Notes under the pieces: model-generated
Databases searched by the model: none
Told to the model about the DNA's origin: nothing
What the model saw: only the letters and a program-made list of their open reading frames with translations
Program-made: the position numbers and the translations under genes
DNA from: Octopus vulgaris
Taxonomy: Eukaryota
Direction of reading: 5' to 3'
DNA length: 64,000 bases
NCBI GenBank assembly: GCA_951406725.2
Contig: OX597818.1
Coordinates: 37,572,001 to 37,636,000, forward strand
Shown here: one piece after another, positions 24,298-37,443 of the stretch
How the letters are laid out: every line of letters begins with the position of its first letter
Numbering within the stretch: position 1 is the stretch's first letter

Positions 24298-26759
24298 GTC
24301 GCGCGCACGCGCGTGTCCACACGCATTAACGTTTGGATTATACAAACGGAAGAAAAAGTACTCTATACGTGTTGCAGAAGTTATATGTTTATTCGAAGGT
24401 GATTATTCACTCCTCCAAAATGGACCGCACATAGCGAGAAACCCTAAGAATGAAAACACACACACATACACACGCGCCACTGAAGGCAGTGCTCTAGTAT
24501 GGTCGTAGCAGTAACGGCTAAAGATTATAAAACTAAAAAAAGATTGTACTCGTTCAAGTTGACGAATAAAATGTAATTATTTCTACCTGGAATAAAAAAA
24601 AAAAGAGTCGCTTATGTCGTACTAAGTGACATCTGTCGTGTTTGTATTAATTTCCTTTATAAACACAAGTCACTGTATTAGTATGAGCACCATATGTGAA
24701 GTTCTTGTAATGCTACCGCTGTTTGGAGGGGAGGGGGCTTTAATAACGTACGTTATCTAAATGAATTCCTCATCGAAATTGAAACTGGGTCGCACGTTCG
24801 GTTTTTACGGACTTCGTCGAGTTAGTGGGGGAGTCCTTTACGTGGAGCTTGCTAGAAATTGAAGTCGAATTTTCTTCATACTGTCGTCTATCGTCTTTAA
24901 AAAGAAATGACATATAGAGAGACACTGACTGACTTGAACCAGAACTCTCAGATTTTCCCAGTGTAGAGACACGGACTAATGTATTTCCATAAAAGGAGAA
25001 GCGTTCCCATTAAAGGTATTAACGCGTACTTGAATAAGGTCCTACTAATCAGCACTAGCTAACTTGTAATGGCTTATGGGACAAACCGAACTAACGCAGC
25101 AAGTTTTCGCGCCCAACAGTCTGGCCGAAGATCCTAGAAATTAGGGGCTGACAGTAATAAATAACCGAACGAATTCAACTTTAGCCCAAGTTTATATGAG
25201 TCATATTGCGTTTCTCTCATCAGATAGTATCTCGTCAATTTTCCTGGCGAATTCAAACTCAGATCAAGAGCCGCGAGCCGTCTAGAGTAATATATGTTGT
25301 TTACCTCAGCGACTTAGTCTCTCATTTTTTTAATGTAATATGCTTGTCATACGCGACGAAAAGCACCCACCTTAACTTGTAATATCGAGTATCACATAAA
25401 ATATATGCAATAATTAAAATTCCTTGCACCACTTTCATAATATCCAGTATTTGTTGTTCCATTAATTTATTGGGTGTACATTTGTAAATATAACGATGCA
25501 GCTTAAGATATTTAATAACTCGAACTTTACAGTGGTCATCGTCTACACACACAGTCTACCTAATATTGTGAACAGCCACTGAAGAACAGTGAAGCTGTCT
25601 CAGCTAACGTAACCCTAGTTACTTCAAAAGACGTCACAGCCACAAATTGAATGCATCGGTCTTACCTCTGATCCATCAGAATTGATTAGCGGCTCAACAA
25701 CAATATGAAATTAGACCCTCAAAATTAAGCACTTATCATATTAGTAATTCTACCGACAAGGTACGGGGCTGGTTTTATAGAGGAATACTTATTGTTTTTG
25801 ACCTTGAAGTTAAATGACAAAGTAGACGTTCAGGGAATTTCAGCTTAGAATGCAGAGGTTCGAAACCAAATATTATAAGTCAGTTGCTGTTTGTTTGTTT
25901 GTTTAATCATACAACAACTTTAATCGAATAGACCACTGGTACTTGGCGATTTCTCTATGTTCGAGTAACAAGGGTCTTTTACTTCAGACAGTTTATATAG
26001 GACTACGGTAGGCATGGGTGAGGGGCTAAAAATGTTTGTTTCGTAGTGATGAGATCCCCGAATTCGATCACACAGAGAGACATCTTGGACAAGTACCTTT
26101 TCCATGGCTCGACGAAAGAGTAAAAAATATGTAGTGGTTATTGAAACTGTTCGTTAATAGTTATGAATCATTTTGAAAATCCGATTCCATTTTCATTTCT
26201 AGACCATATTAGGTTTTTGTCATGTACTTGCTCTCACATACGCACACATACACACCATACAAATTGTCATAGCTAGTAGTTGTATCTAGCAATGGATATG
26301 TTAAATGTATTTTTAGGCTACAATAAGATAAAAGAATTTATCGCCAAAAGTTTTTTTTTTGTTTATATAATTCTTGAAAGGAATGAGAATCGAATGTTAT
26401 TTTTTAACAAAAATGAACAGCGAAAACAAAAATAAAACGCAAACGAAGAAACCCTATTTTATTCTGGATAATCTCTTTATCTTTCTCTGATTTTTTCGGA
26501 CACTTATCAATTTCTCGATATTTCACATGTTTCTGATATCGTATGTCATTTACACAAATCACGTCCCACTTATCAAGCTTCGTGTTGCTACGCTTTCACT
26601 ATTTTTTTTCTCTATTTCATATGTTATCTCTCCGACATACACACACGCACATAAATTCACATACGTACAGAGAGACTGGTATATATACAGACACACACAA
26701 TGAAAGTAAGCTTGTGTCCAAGCACGACCGTTTCCTGGACATTGATAGCGCCTCTTGGC

Positions 26760-27280
26760 ATTATTTACTTGTCGCTGGTGACTTCTGAGATGGCTCATTC
26801 GTCCAGCCAGCAGCCTGCAACATAAACTGCAAAGTTGACATTTCTGTCTTCCCATTGTGAGTTTTTCGAGAAGTTTCTCTGCGTAAAATCCATTATAGGT
26901 AATGGAGTGTGTATCGAATTGCACTCACTTTTCAAATGACACAGCTTATTCTCCCGCTGGCCCAGTATAGGCTGGGATGAACGACACTCAGGCTTTACTA
27001 CGCTTAGACTTTATAGTCTCCTACACAGATGTTCTAAGAAGAACTAAGAAGCCATCATGGTGTTCTTTCACCATGCGTTTTTCTGTGACCCTACGTAATG
27101 GATAAATAATCGTTTACCCTACGTTGGGGGTCATTCATATTTTGGCTGATGTTGTTCTGTCTCGACGCGCTTCTTGCAACCCTCTTCACCAGGTAAGTCT
27201 GATGAAGGAACTGGTTTAGTCGCCGATAACCCAGCCATACAGCCGGTTGTACCGGGCTACATGTTACCAGCAGAACTCGT
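26760..27280 (-). mobile_element. RTE-derived element: shared 5' segment joined to a C-terminal C2H2 zinc-finger remnant
   Basis: CQLCSLCCRLLAGRMSHLRSH (CX2CX12HX3H, nt 26778-26840). The 5' part matches 12225-12345. Confidence 0.55.
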
Positions 27281-27365
27281 GATACATACACAGAGCCTAT
27301 AGTATGTACACATACACGCATATCTAAATGGGTGCAAACATATACAAGCGTGTTTGTGTGATGGG

Positions 27366-27417
<52 letters not shown>

Positions 27418-27699
27418 GTAACAGATGGTATAATTATAAATAGGGAAAATTTTTAGCCATTTCTTCGCAGACTGAAAAAAAAATGAATCCTTAATCGATT
27501 TTGGAACCTTATTGGGTTCTCATCAGAGGCGTCAACATCATTTTCACAATCTCCAGAGAAACAATCAGCCAAACTGTTTATATACTCAACAAATGCAGCA
27601 GTTACTGTATGAAGGAGTCCCTAATTTACTTACCGAAAGTGTTTAACACTATGTATACCAGCGGCTTGTCAACGGGGATCTTAGTTTACACAGTATCAA

Positions 27700-28272
27700 T
27701 GGTAGAAACGTTAGCACATCGGGCGAAATGCTTCGCAGTATTTCGTCTGCCACTACATTCTGAGTTCAAATTCCGCCGAGGTCGACTTTGCCTTTCATCC
27801 TTTCGAGGTCGATTAAATAAGTATCAGTTGCGCACTGGAGTCGATATAATTGACTTGATCCGTTTGTATGTCCTTGTTTGTCCCCTCTGTGTTTAGCCCC
27901 TTGTGGGCAATAAAGAAATAGGTATTTCATCTGCCGTTGGGTTTTGAGTTCGAATTCCGCCGAGGTCGACTTTGCCTTTCATCCTTTCGAGGTCGATTAA
28001 ATAAGTATTAGTTGCGCACTGGAGTCGATATAATTGACTTGATCCGTTTGTATGTCCTTGTTTGTCCCCTCTGTGTTTAGCCCCTTGTGGGCAATAAAGA
28101 AATAGGTATTTCATCTGCCGTTGGGTTTTGAGTTCGAATTCCGCCGAGGTCGACTTTGCCTTTCATCCTTTCGGGGTCGATAAAATTAGTACCAGTAACG
28201 TACTGGAGTCGATGTAATCGACTTAATCCCTTCCCCCAAAATTTGAGACCTTGTACTTTCCAGTAGAAAGGA
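27700..28272 (+). mobile_element. SINE family A, trimeric copy
   Basis: Head, two nearly identical about 183-bp units, then a third unit ending in the cttcccccaaaatttg...agtagaaaggat tail. Confidence 0.9.
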
Positions 28273-29640
28273 TATATATATATGATGAAGGCACAGCACG
28301 GCCAAATGGTTAAGTTCGTTTTGCAAACATTCGCTTTGCAGCCACGCGGTCCCGGGGTTCGATCTTACAGTGTGGTACCTTAGCCAAATGCCATTTTCTA
28401 AAATTTCGGATCGACTCGTACCCTGTGAATGAAAATGGATAGAAACTGTTTTGAAGATCGCTGGCTGGATTGTACTTATAATTCAAAAGCTACAGCGTTG
28501 TCACGCACTGTGTAACTCTGGTTCTGTCTGAGAATTACGTTAAGAATACACGTCTGCAGAATGCTGAGCCACTTAAACGTTCATTCAGTAACAGGCAATT
28601 CAGTTGATGGAACAAGTGAATCCTCATTCTTGAATGCCAGAAATCCATTACCACTACACACACATACATGCCGAAATACGTAGTGTTGCCTGCGGTAAAG
28701 GAATCTCTGTTGCAGTGAATTTAAGTCACAAAGTAATTTACTTACATTCTAATAAAGCAATTTTCTTTTATAAAAAATGCCTTTTTCTTATTTTGTTATA
28801 CATACACCGAGACGCTGTTTTGCGCTGTTTAAGTGTCACTTGCTTAATTTTTTTTAATATCAAATTATCATTTGACTGACGGCTATGTTAATGAGAAATC
28901 TAAAAAGAACAGAATAACTATCAAAGCGAAATAAATTTATTTTCAAACATACTGAACTGTATCATTTAGCTAGCAAGTATCGCTTAAGTAATGTGGTGGT
29001 TTAAACCGAGCAACACATTAAGTCTACCACCCAGATAAGCCATGGAGAAATTTGAACTTAGAAAATAAACACGCGGTGACAAATATCGCAAGGTTCGACG
29101 GACGTTCTTATGGTTGAGCCAATCTACTACCATGGATTCATTCTTCTTTTTATCGACCCCCAAAGAACGAAAGACAAAATTGACCACGGCTGGATTTGAA
29201 CTCAGAGCACAGAGAGCGAAACCATATAGCAAGCAGTATAATATCCAACGTGCATCTGTTCACTGCCTTATAACATTTAGATGTAAAGTGAGATAAATAG
29301 ACATATTGGATTGGAAACAGATAAATTAAAATATTTATGTTGATAGAGTTAAAAAATATATCGATATTTGTTGCAAGCAGATAATCACAAAATGGCCAGG
29401 ATCTACACAGGAAATATTCAAATACGATTATGACGCGTGTGTGTGGTGCCATTTTTAAAATGATAGATCGAACGACTAACTAGAAGCTGTACTAGTTATT
29501 GAAACGCAAATAAAAACATAAATTCTTCCCAGTCTCTCTGTTACTCTCTCTTATGTCAGCAATAATTCGATCAATCATGAGTCTTTGTCACACACACACG
29601 TGTAGGCAGCCGGAAATATTGCACATTCTGAGTGCGATTG

Positions 29641-29680
<40 letters not shown>

Positions 29681-29814
29681 ATATATATATATATATATAA
29701 AATCAAAGGTAGAACAGAAAAAACACAACAAACGGAAACTGTCAATACACAACATGCCGAAAAAAGGACGATAGCACGACAACGGCAAATAGGATAAAAT
29801 ACGGATCGTTCGCA

Positions 29815-29962
29815 ACCAATTGCCTCTTGTGTTCTTTCTGTGGAAGAGCGTAGGCTCGAAACGTTAAATACTTTTTCACTTCCCGAGCGTTATACTAATA
29901 CATCTGTTTGTTGTCTACACCACCTGTTTTCGTCTTCTGTTTTTTTTTATTAATTCTCCCTA
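29815..29962 (+). mobile_element. Penelope-like short repeat with altered hammerhead core
   Basis: tttCTGTGGAagagcgtaggctcGAAAcgttaaat at 29835-29869, followed by ttcccgagcgtt...ctaatacatctgtttgttg as in the related copies. Confidence 0.6.
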
Positions 29963-30510
29963 TATATGTATACATGTACACACACACATATATAATGGTT
30001 ATTCATATATACATATAAACATACATGAATATATTTAAACACACATATATGCATACATAAACGAATAATTATATAGAATCATGAATGTGTGTAAGTGTTG
30101 TGTAATGTCTGTGTGCGTATGTATAGGGACCATTCGCCAGAAATATGAATACGATCGATTAATAAAAAAGAAAATCTGTGTTGCTAGCTTCTTAACTCAC
30201 AAATAATAAATTTTCTCGAACTCCAAACAAAATACAAGGACATACGGTCTGTTGCTCTGCAACACAGCGTTCTCTTCGTATTTTGAATTGGATTTTCTAT
30301 TTAAGACAGACTTACCGCGGAATAAATTCGTTCATACCGTGTGGCGGATGTTGATTAATCTGTGAGATTCATAAGCGGGTTTGTTGTGCTACCAAATAGC
30401 TTTGACTCAGAGAGTCTTTTGACATCTCTGCCGAACGACAAGCCTGGATTTATCGGACCGATGTCTTCACCAAGTTGACTTCGACTCCTCAGATTCTTAC
30501 TTTCTTTCAT

Positions 30511-30699
30511 TACTCTTATATTTGTTTCAGTCATTTGACTGCGTCCATGCTGGAGCAACGCTTTTAGTCGAGGAAATTGACCCCAGGACTTATTCTTTGG
30601 AAGCCTAGTACTTATTCTATCGGTCTCTTTTGCCGAAGCGCTAAGTTACGGGGATGTAAACACACCCGCATCGGTTGTGAAGCGATGTTGGGGGGACAA

Positions 30700-30747
<48 letters not shown>

Positions 30748-30906
30748 GACGGGCTTCTTTCAGTTTCCGTCTACCAAATCCACTCACAAGGCTTTGGTCG
30801 ACCCGAGGTTACAGTAGAAGACACTTGCCCGAGGTGCTACGCAGGGAGAATGAACCCTCATGTGGTTGGTAAGCAAGCTACTTACCACACAGCCACTCCT
30901 ACGCCT
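30511..30906 (-). mobile_element. SINE family B, full length
   Basis: Same architecture as 15568-15970. Confidence 0.9.
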
Positions 30907-31089
30907 ATTATCTTTTACGTTCCGACCAATGGCATATATGGGCCATGAGCCTGAAATTAAATTTACCCTTTTCAATAGATAAATATAAATAAAATAACAT
31001 TTTAAAATACCGATCTGCATTGTCAAAAACTTAACACGTAATCGTTACTCACACTATTCTTCAATTAAGTTTTCTCAAATGGAAATCGT

Positions 31090-31695
31090 TTACCTTTTAC
31101 TTATTTCAGGGACACCTGCTTGAAGGGTTCAGTAGAACAAATAGATCTCAATATGTATTTCCTTTTTAAGTCTGATACTTAATCCTATCGGTTTATTTTG
31201 TCGAACTGCTAAGCGACAACAACCTAAAAAGACCAACACCGGTTGTCAAACGGTGGAAGGGAACAAACGCAACACAAGTGCAAACACGCTTTTTTCCAAG
31301 GAATCTAATGCACTTAGCTTAGTTTTTCCTTGGGGCTGGCCAGATTGGAGCAATCTCAAGATTAATCAGCCGAAATTGCGAGGATGATCCGGTTCTTGAC
31401 TGAAGATAAAAGGCTTCGAATGACCCGTCCGTGTTTTTTTTTGTATCGTCTATCTAGATGTTTTGTTGTCCCCTTTTGTATCACCTAGTTATACGGATGT
31501 TTTGCGTTCTTGTCCCATTTTGTATTTTATTTTATATATATAACGGGCTTCCTTGCAATTTCTGTCTACCAAATTCACTCACTAGGCATTGGTTGGCCGG
31601 GAGCTGTACTTGAAGACACTTGCTCTGGATACTGCGTAATAGGATTGAACCCGAAACCACGTGGTTGCAAAACAAGCTTAGGCGCACAGCCATGA
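31090..31695 (-). mobile_element. Old SINE family B copy interrupted by an unrelated about 250-bp repeat (31290-31540)
   Basis: SINE halves at 31090-31285 and 31543-31695. The insert tail ttgcgttcttgtcccattttgtatttt recurs at about 43086-43113. Confidence 0.65.
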
Positions 31696-32745
31696 AATAC
31701 TTTAAAATGCCTCTTGAATACCAGACAGCTTCGTACTTTACACTTTCCAAACAAATTTAAAATGTTCTTTTCTTAACCTGTATATCACATATAATGCTTT
31801 TCTCATAAATCAGAATTTTTTTACTGATTGTTTTTAAAGTAAATACTTCGAAATGCCTTACCGATGAACGTCGGACAGCTTTTTACTATAAGACTGTTAC
31901 ACGCTGCAACCAAACCAAAAGATTTCTTATTGTTAATGTGCATAGTCAACAGTTTTTATTTTCTTTATAAATATAAGATCGTTTAATTCAGATCTTTTAT
32001 TGCTCGAGAAGCTGTAAAGTCAATGTGCGTGTGTTTGTGTGTGTGTGAATGAACATCTATCTTAATGGAGATCAATATGTATCGCCCGTGTATCTAACAC
32101 TTCCTCGGTGGGAATCGATATATTGTATGATAGTCTAGTAATATCCTTTACTCATTCTTGCCCCCCAAGTGTGTCAAATAAATAAATATATAATAAATAA
32201 AACCAATAAAAATGTCAAGGTTTTATACAATATGAAAGTGTGTAGACAATTGATTTTCTAACGATAAAATACAGATAGGTGATTTACGAGAAATACATAA
32301 TACGGTGACCTACCGTTTGCAGTTAAGTATGTGAATAGTTTATCATTATTATTATTATTGAGCCACTTTCAGAAACTTCTTGCTAGAGCTTTTTGCTTTC
32401 CATGTTGAATTCACAGTCAGTGATTTATATACCCATGTCAGAATCGACGGTTTTTATTCCGTAACTAACACTGCTACCGGTGTTGTATTTGATGTTGGCG
32501 TTGTTATTGATGCAAGCAGTTTTATGGCGCAGAGATAGACAGATGAAATATTGTACTTCGACAGTCGTCTTCAGATATTGTAGTGTTTCCTTTCTGTAGG
32601 CGTAATTCAGTACGACGAGCATGTAAGCAGCGTAGTTGGTGAACTGTTAGCGTTGTTGCTCAAGGTGAAAAATGATCGCGATCCAGGTTCGCTTCTCAGT
32701 CGTAACAATTTCACTTACTCGTGTATTTACCGGAGAAAATTATTT

Positions 32746-33174
32746 GGATCTTTTCGGTTTGAACGGCAGTTTTTCTAGCGGTGTCATATGAAATTGTCAC
32801 CCATAATTATGACCCTAGTATCGATCCATTGCATTTCAATCCGTTTTAGGGTTAGGGTTAGGGTGGGTTAGGGATGAGGGGAAGGGTATCTTTTTTCTTC
32901 AGAAATGTAAATAAACCCATCTGTTTCTTAAACGAGGAACATATTCATACGACACAGAATATTTTCACCTTCAATAGACGTCATTGATTGGTTGAAATTG
33001 CAGAAATTGAAGAAAAAAACAACAACAAATATCTTACAAACTATAGAATTTTTTCAATAAAGCCAAGAGAAAAAGATGTTTTATAAACGCATTCTACCAG
33101 TATACGAAGTTTAAAAGTGTTTAGTTACGTGGAAATTATTAAAAAAAAAACTGCCGTTCAAACCGAAAAGATCC
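32746..33174. mobile_element. 28-bp-TIR MITE, copy 2 (opposite orientation to copy 1)
   Basis: Same TIRs. TSD aattattt at 32738-32745 and 33175-33182. Internal (TTAGGG)3 plus a variant. Confidence 0.92.
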
Positions 33175-33800
33175 AATTATTTAAGTCAATAGGAATGATG
33201 GCCAATGTTAGCTCCATTTTTTGTTTTTGTTAGTATGGAAGAGCTCAGAAATTTCCTTGTGTACAAATTTTGCATTTCTTTGCGAAGTATGAGCGCATCC
33301 ATGTGAGTAACCATTGATTAGATGCCACATAGACCTTGCCTTTATTTATATCTGTATATAAGTAAAATGTAAAGTAAGAGTTTACCACTGAATAATTGGG
33401 AATTAGATTCAGTCCATCGCTTATCGTAACACCTCCACTTGGCCACTGGGATTCTTTAGCAGCATCCATTCTGTCGCAAACATTCGAACCCAGTTTTCTG
33501 TCTGAGAATAACTCCCTCCTTCCTCCCGCCAGTCATCGCGGCCCTGGAAAAGAAAGTTATTTAACCAAGTCACATGACCTCAAATATTTAAATAAGTAGT
33601 GTTGACATGTTACGGTGTTCGTGCCATTCTCACAGCTTTAAGTAGACTAAATGGTATGAACGTGCTTTTCTCAAAAAATATGTAAGCGACCTCAGCAGAG
33701 CGAAACGGTAACGACTAGAGACAGAGTGAGGCGAGGGGTAATGTATTATGCTGTAGTGCTTAACTAGATTTCTTTTATAGGAAGTTTCTTTAAAGTACCA

Positions 33801-34248
33801 GGATCTGGTACCATCTTTAAAGTACCATCATTTCTTTAAAGTACCATCATTTCGGTTTGAACGGCAGTTTTTTCTAGCGGTGTCATATGAAATTGTCACC
33901 CATAATTATGACCCTATTATCGACCTATTGCATTTCAATGGGTTAAGGGTGGGGGAAGGGTATATTTTTTTCTTCACAAATGTAAATAAACCCAATCTGT
34001 TTCTTAAACGAGGGACATATTCATACGGCACAGAATGTTTTTTTTTTTACCTCAATGGACGTAATTGATTGGTTGAAATTGCAGAAATTGAAGAAAAAAC
34101 AACAAATATCTTACAAACTATAGGATTTTCTCAATAAAACCAAGAGAAAAAGATGTTTTATATACACATTCTACCAGTAAACGAAGTTTAAAATTTTTCA
34201 GTTACCTAGAAATTATGTTAAAAACTGCCGTTCAAACCGAAAAGATCC
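33801..34248. mobile_element. 28-bp-TIR MITE, copy 3, left TIR split by 43-bp filler
   Basis: ggatct|filler 33807-33849|tttcggtttgaacggcag. TSD aagtacca/aagtaccc. Confidence 0.88.
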
Positions 34249-34310
34249 AAGTACCCTTCTTATTAGTCATTATATGAAGATAAATTCTTTGGTGGGAACA
34301 TAACGGTATA

Positions 34311-34529
34311 CAGTAATCCCTCATCTTATCGCGGTTCACCTATCGCGGTTTATTATTTAAGCTTACGTCGATTCCTCCGTGGTGTTGTTTTGCATTTATA
34401 ATAAAATAAATATATACAAATTATAAAAATAATAATAAAAAACACAGTACAGTACTGTTTCTACTTCGCGGATTTTCACCTATCGCAGGGATTTGGAACG
34501 TAACACCCGCGATAGTCAAGAGATTACTG
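34311..34529. mobile_element. pogo/Tigger-like MITE
   Basis: ta-cagtaatccctc...gagattactg-ta with TA TSD and subterminal tatcgcgg repeats. Confidence 0.85.
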
Positions 34530-35516
34530 TATTGCATTCGGATCTAATAATTTTACTGAAAGTGGCCCTCTTAAGTAATATTGTTTACTTTGATTTCGCT
34601 TTTGATTGACAAGGCACAAAGGCAACTTAGTCAAGAGTTGTGTGTGGGTACAATCGATTGACGAGATCACAATATATTACTATTTCTTGGTATTTATTTT
34701 TTTCAATGCCAGCGAGATTGTCGAAGTCGAAAAGATTTGAATTTAGAATCTAGAAAAAGGAGATTAACTACTGAATGCAAAGCGTTCTACTGTTTCTGAC
34801 AACTAGTCAACGGTGGGGATTCTATATGGCCGTTCTACAAGCTAGAAATATTAGTTAAATAACCTTCAAATGACCCCTCACTGCCATTAAAAAAAAAAAA
34901 AACACCTGGGAAAATGTGGGTCCTAGATAGAATGTCTGAAAATACGAGACAATCACGGCTGTGGGAAGCCTTCTATCATAGCTCTGTTCGATTAGGACTA
35001 AATGATAGCAGCAGTAGCAACTTCTTTTTCTCGAGCCCTCGAATAAATAGATTTCTTACATAAGCAAAACTCAGTTTAATTCGTCTAAAATGATTTTAGT
35101 ATATTGGTTAAAAACATGTTAATGTGTGCAAAACATTTGCGGGACAGTATCCCGCTCTGGCTTTAAAGTTTTAAACGAATTTAGAGATAGATCCTTTGCG
35201 TAGGGCTCCAATCTTATCCTGGTAATTTGGTATATATTGAAAACAACTAGGTCAACTGAGAAATATATCATAAATCAGTCCCGCGCTGGAGTGGCTGCAT
35301 CAGTGAGTATCGCTGACAATTCTCCGCGGTAATGCCATCGAGGTCATGACCCCGAGGCGCGACTGAATACCCAATTTATTATGAGGTGTGCAATCTGTTG
35401 TCCCCTTCTCTTCCATCTTCTGCTCCTTAATTCCAGCTCCCTTTTCCTTATTCCAACTCACTTATGCTGTTTCTTTGTTTCCTTGTAATTGAATTATGAT
35501 AAATTTTATTATATAC

Positions 35517-35912
35517 GCGCAGAAGTTGCTGTGTGGTAAGTAGCTTGCTTACCTACCACATGGTTCCGGGTTCAGTCCCACTGCGTGGAACCTTGGGCAA
35601 GTGTCTTCTACTATAGCCACGGGCCGACCAAAGCTTTGTGAGTGGATTTGGTAGACGGAAACTGAAAGAAGCCCGTCGTATATATATAAATATGCGCGTG
35701 TGTGTGTGTGTCTGTGTTTGCCCCCCCCCCCCAAACATCGCTTCACAACCGATGCTGGTGTGTTTACGTTCCCGTAACTTAGTGATTTGGCAAAAAAGAG
35801 CGATATAATAAGTACTAGGCTTCCAAAGAATAAGTCCTGGGGGCGATTTGCTCGACTAAAGGCGGTGCTCCAGCATGGCCGCAGTCAAATGACTGAAAAG
35901 AATAAAAGAGAG
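35517..35912 (+). mobile_element. SINE family B, full length
   Basis: Head, CORE-like segment, internal microsatellite and tail all present. Confidence 0.9.
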
Positions 35913-36274
35913 TATATCATAAATTGTGCTTCTGAAATATACACAACGTCTCAGGTAGAATTGATCTCAAGATCTGTCAGCCGATAATAACCGTTCGGCC
36001 GTTTTGTTTCTACGCTCTATATGTCTTTATTGATGCCTTATTGACGCCCAATGGAAAAAACAACAACAACAACTAAAATGTTGCTCCTGGTAGGATTTCA
36101 AATCAGCCGATCGATATGCTAGGACCTAATTCTAATTTGTACTAACAGGTTCCTACAAAACCTATTGTGTAACGCCCCCTTGCCGTTGTATCTTGGCAAT
36201 AATCGATAACACGTGCTGTTGCTCAATATACACAATCTACTAAAGCGTTTTAATATACTGTACATATCTTGCTA

Positions 36275-36785
36275 AGGCGGCGAGCTGGCAGAAACGTTAG
36301 CACGCCGGGCGAAATGCGTAGCCGTATGTCGTCTGCCGCTACGTTCTGAGTTCAAATTCTGCCGAGGTCGACTTTGCCTTTCATCATTTCAGAGTCGATT
36401 AAATAAGTACCAGTTACGCACTGGGGTCGATATAATCGACTTAATCCGTTTGTCTGTCCTTGTTTGTCCTCTCTGTGTTTAGCCACTTGTAGGTAGTAAA
36501 GCAATAGGTATTTCGTCTGTCGCTATGTTCTGAGTTCAAATTCCGCGGAGGTCAACTTTACCTTTCATCCTTTCGGGGTCGATAAATTAAGTACCAGTTA
36601 CACACTGGGGTCGATGTAATCGACTTAATCCCTTTGTCTGCCCTTGTTTGTCCCCTCTATGTTTAGCCCCTTGTGGGCAATAAAGAAATTGGAATCATTA
36701 GCACACTGGCAAAATACTCAATGGCATTTTGTCAGTGTTTACGTTCTGAGTTCAAATTCTGCCGAGCTCGACTTTGCCCTTCAAC
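36275..36785 (+). mobile_element. SINE family A, dimeric full copy (36275-36689) followed by an older head fragment
   Basis: aggcggcgagctggcagaaacgttagc head and two units, then gaatcattagcacactggcaaaat...gagttcaaattc. Confidence 0.9.
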
Positions 36786-37075
36786 CAATCTACTAAGGCA
36801 CACAGCTTCCAATAATAACCAAAGGTTGTCAGTGATTTAATAGTATTTATATAAATTACAGTTTTTTTTTTGGACAATCCAGGATTGAATGATGAATAAA
36901 CGTTTATGATATCGTTTTTTAAATTTTGTGTAAATGCAGAAAGAAGTGAGTAAATATCAAGTCGAAAGCTAACATTAGGTCACCTCCATTCGTAAAAGTC
37001 AGTTGCTATAATAAGCGAATTGAATTTGTGTTAGACGTTGGCCAGTGGATTAGAAAGTCGTTTGATGTTGCAGCT

Positions 37076-37443
37076 GTTGTTTTTGAGCGAACGGTCTTCG
37101 TCCCAGATCTCGCAAGATGGGAGAAGTCCAAAATGTGGTCCTTTGCTATTCGCAGAAGAGAAATCAGGTCAACTCCCCACACCGAGAGCATCGACGGATG
37201 GATGAATGCGCATCCAGGTTCAGCGGTAGCGTAGGAAGTCGGGGACAAAAAACAGGAAGAAAGAGTGAGAGAAAGTTGGAGCGAAAGAGTACAACAGGGG
37301 TCGCCACCACCCGCTGCCGGAGCCTCGTGGAGCTTTAGGTGTTTTCGCTCAATAAACACTCACAACGCCCGGTCTGGGAATCGTAACCGCGATCCTCCGA
37401 CCGCGAGTCCGGTGCACTAACCATTGGGCCATTGCGCCTCCAC
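37076..37443 (-). mobile_element. SINE family D (tRNA head)
   Basis: gtggaggcgcaatggcccaatggttag...ggttacgattcccagaccggg...gtgtttattgagcgaaaacacctaaagc. Second copy at 58311-58455. Confidence 0.85.

Noticed and set aside
25122-25155. ccgaaga-tccta/taggg hammerhead-like remnant, and isolated ctgatga at about 9393, 22608 and 27200
   Set aside because: No properly placed GAAA or closing stems.
32846-32873. Telomere or chromosome fusion site
   Set aside because: Only a few TTAGGG units, internal to a MITE with TIRs and TSD.
37370-37443. tRNA-like sequences at SINE heads (also about 20810-20878, 50810-50878, 58385-58455)
   Set aside because: A and B boxes are present but run into SINE bodies without a proper acceptor stem, so they are not tRNA genes.
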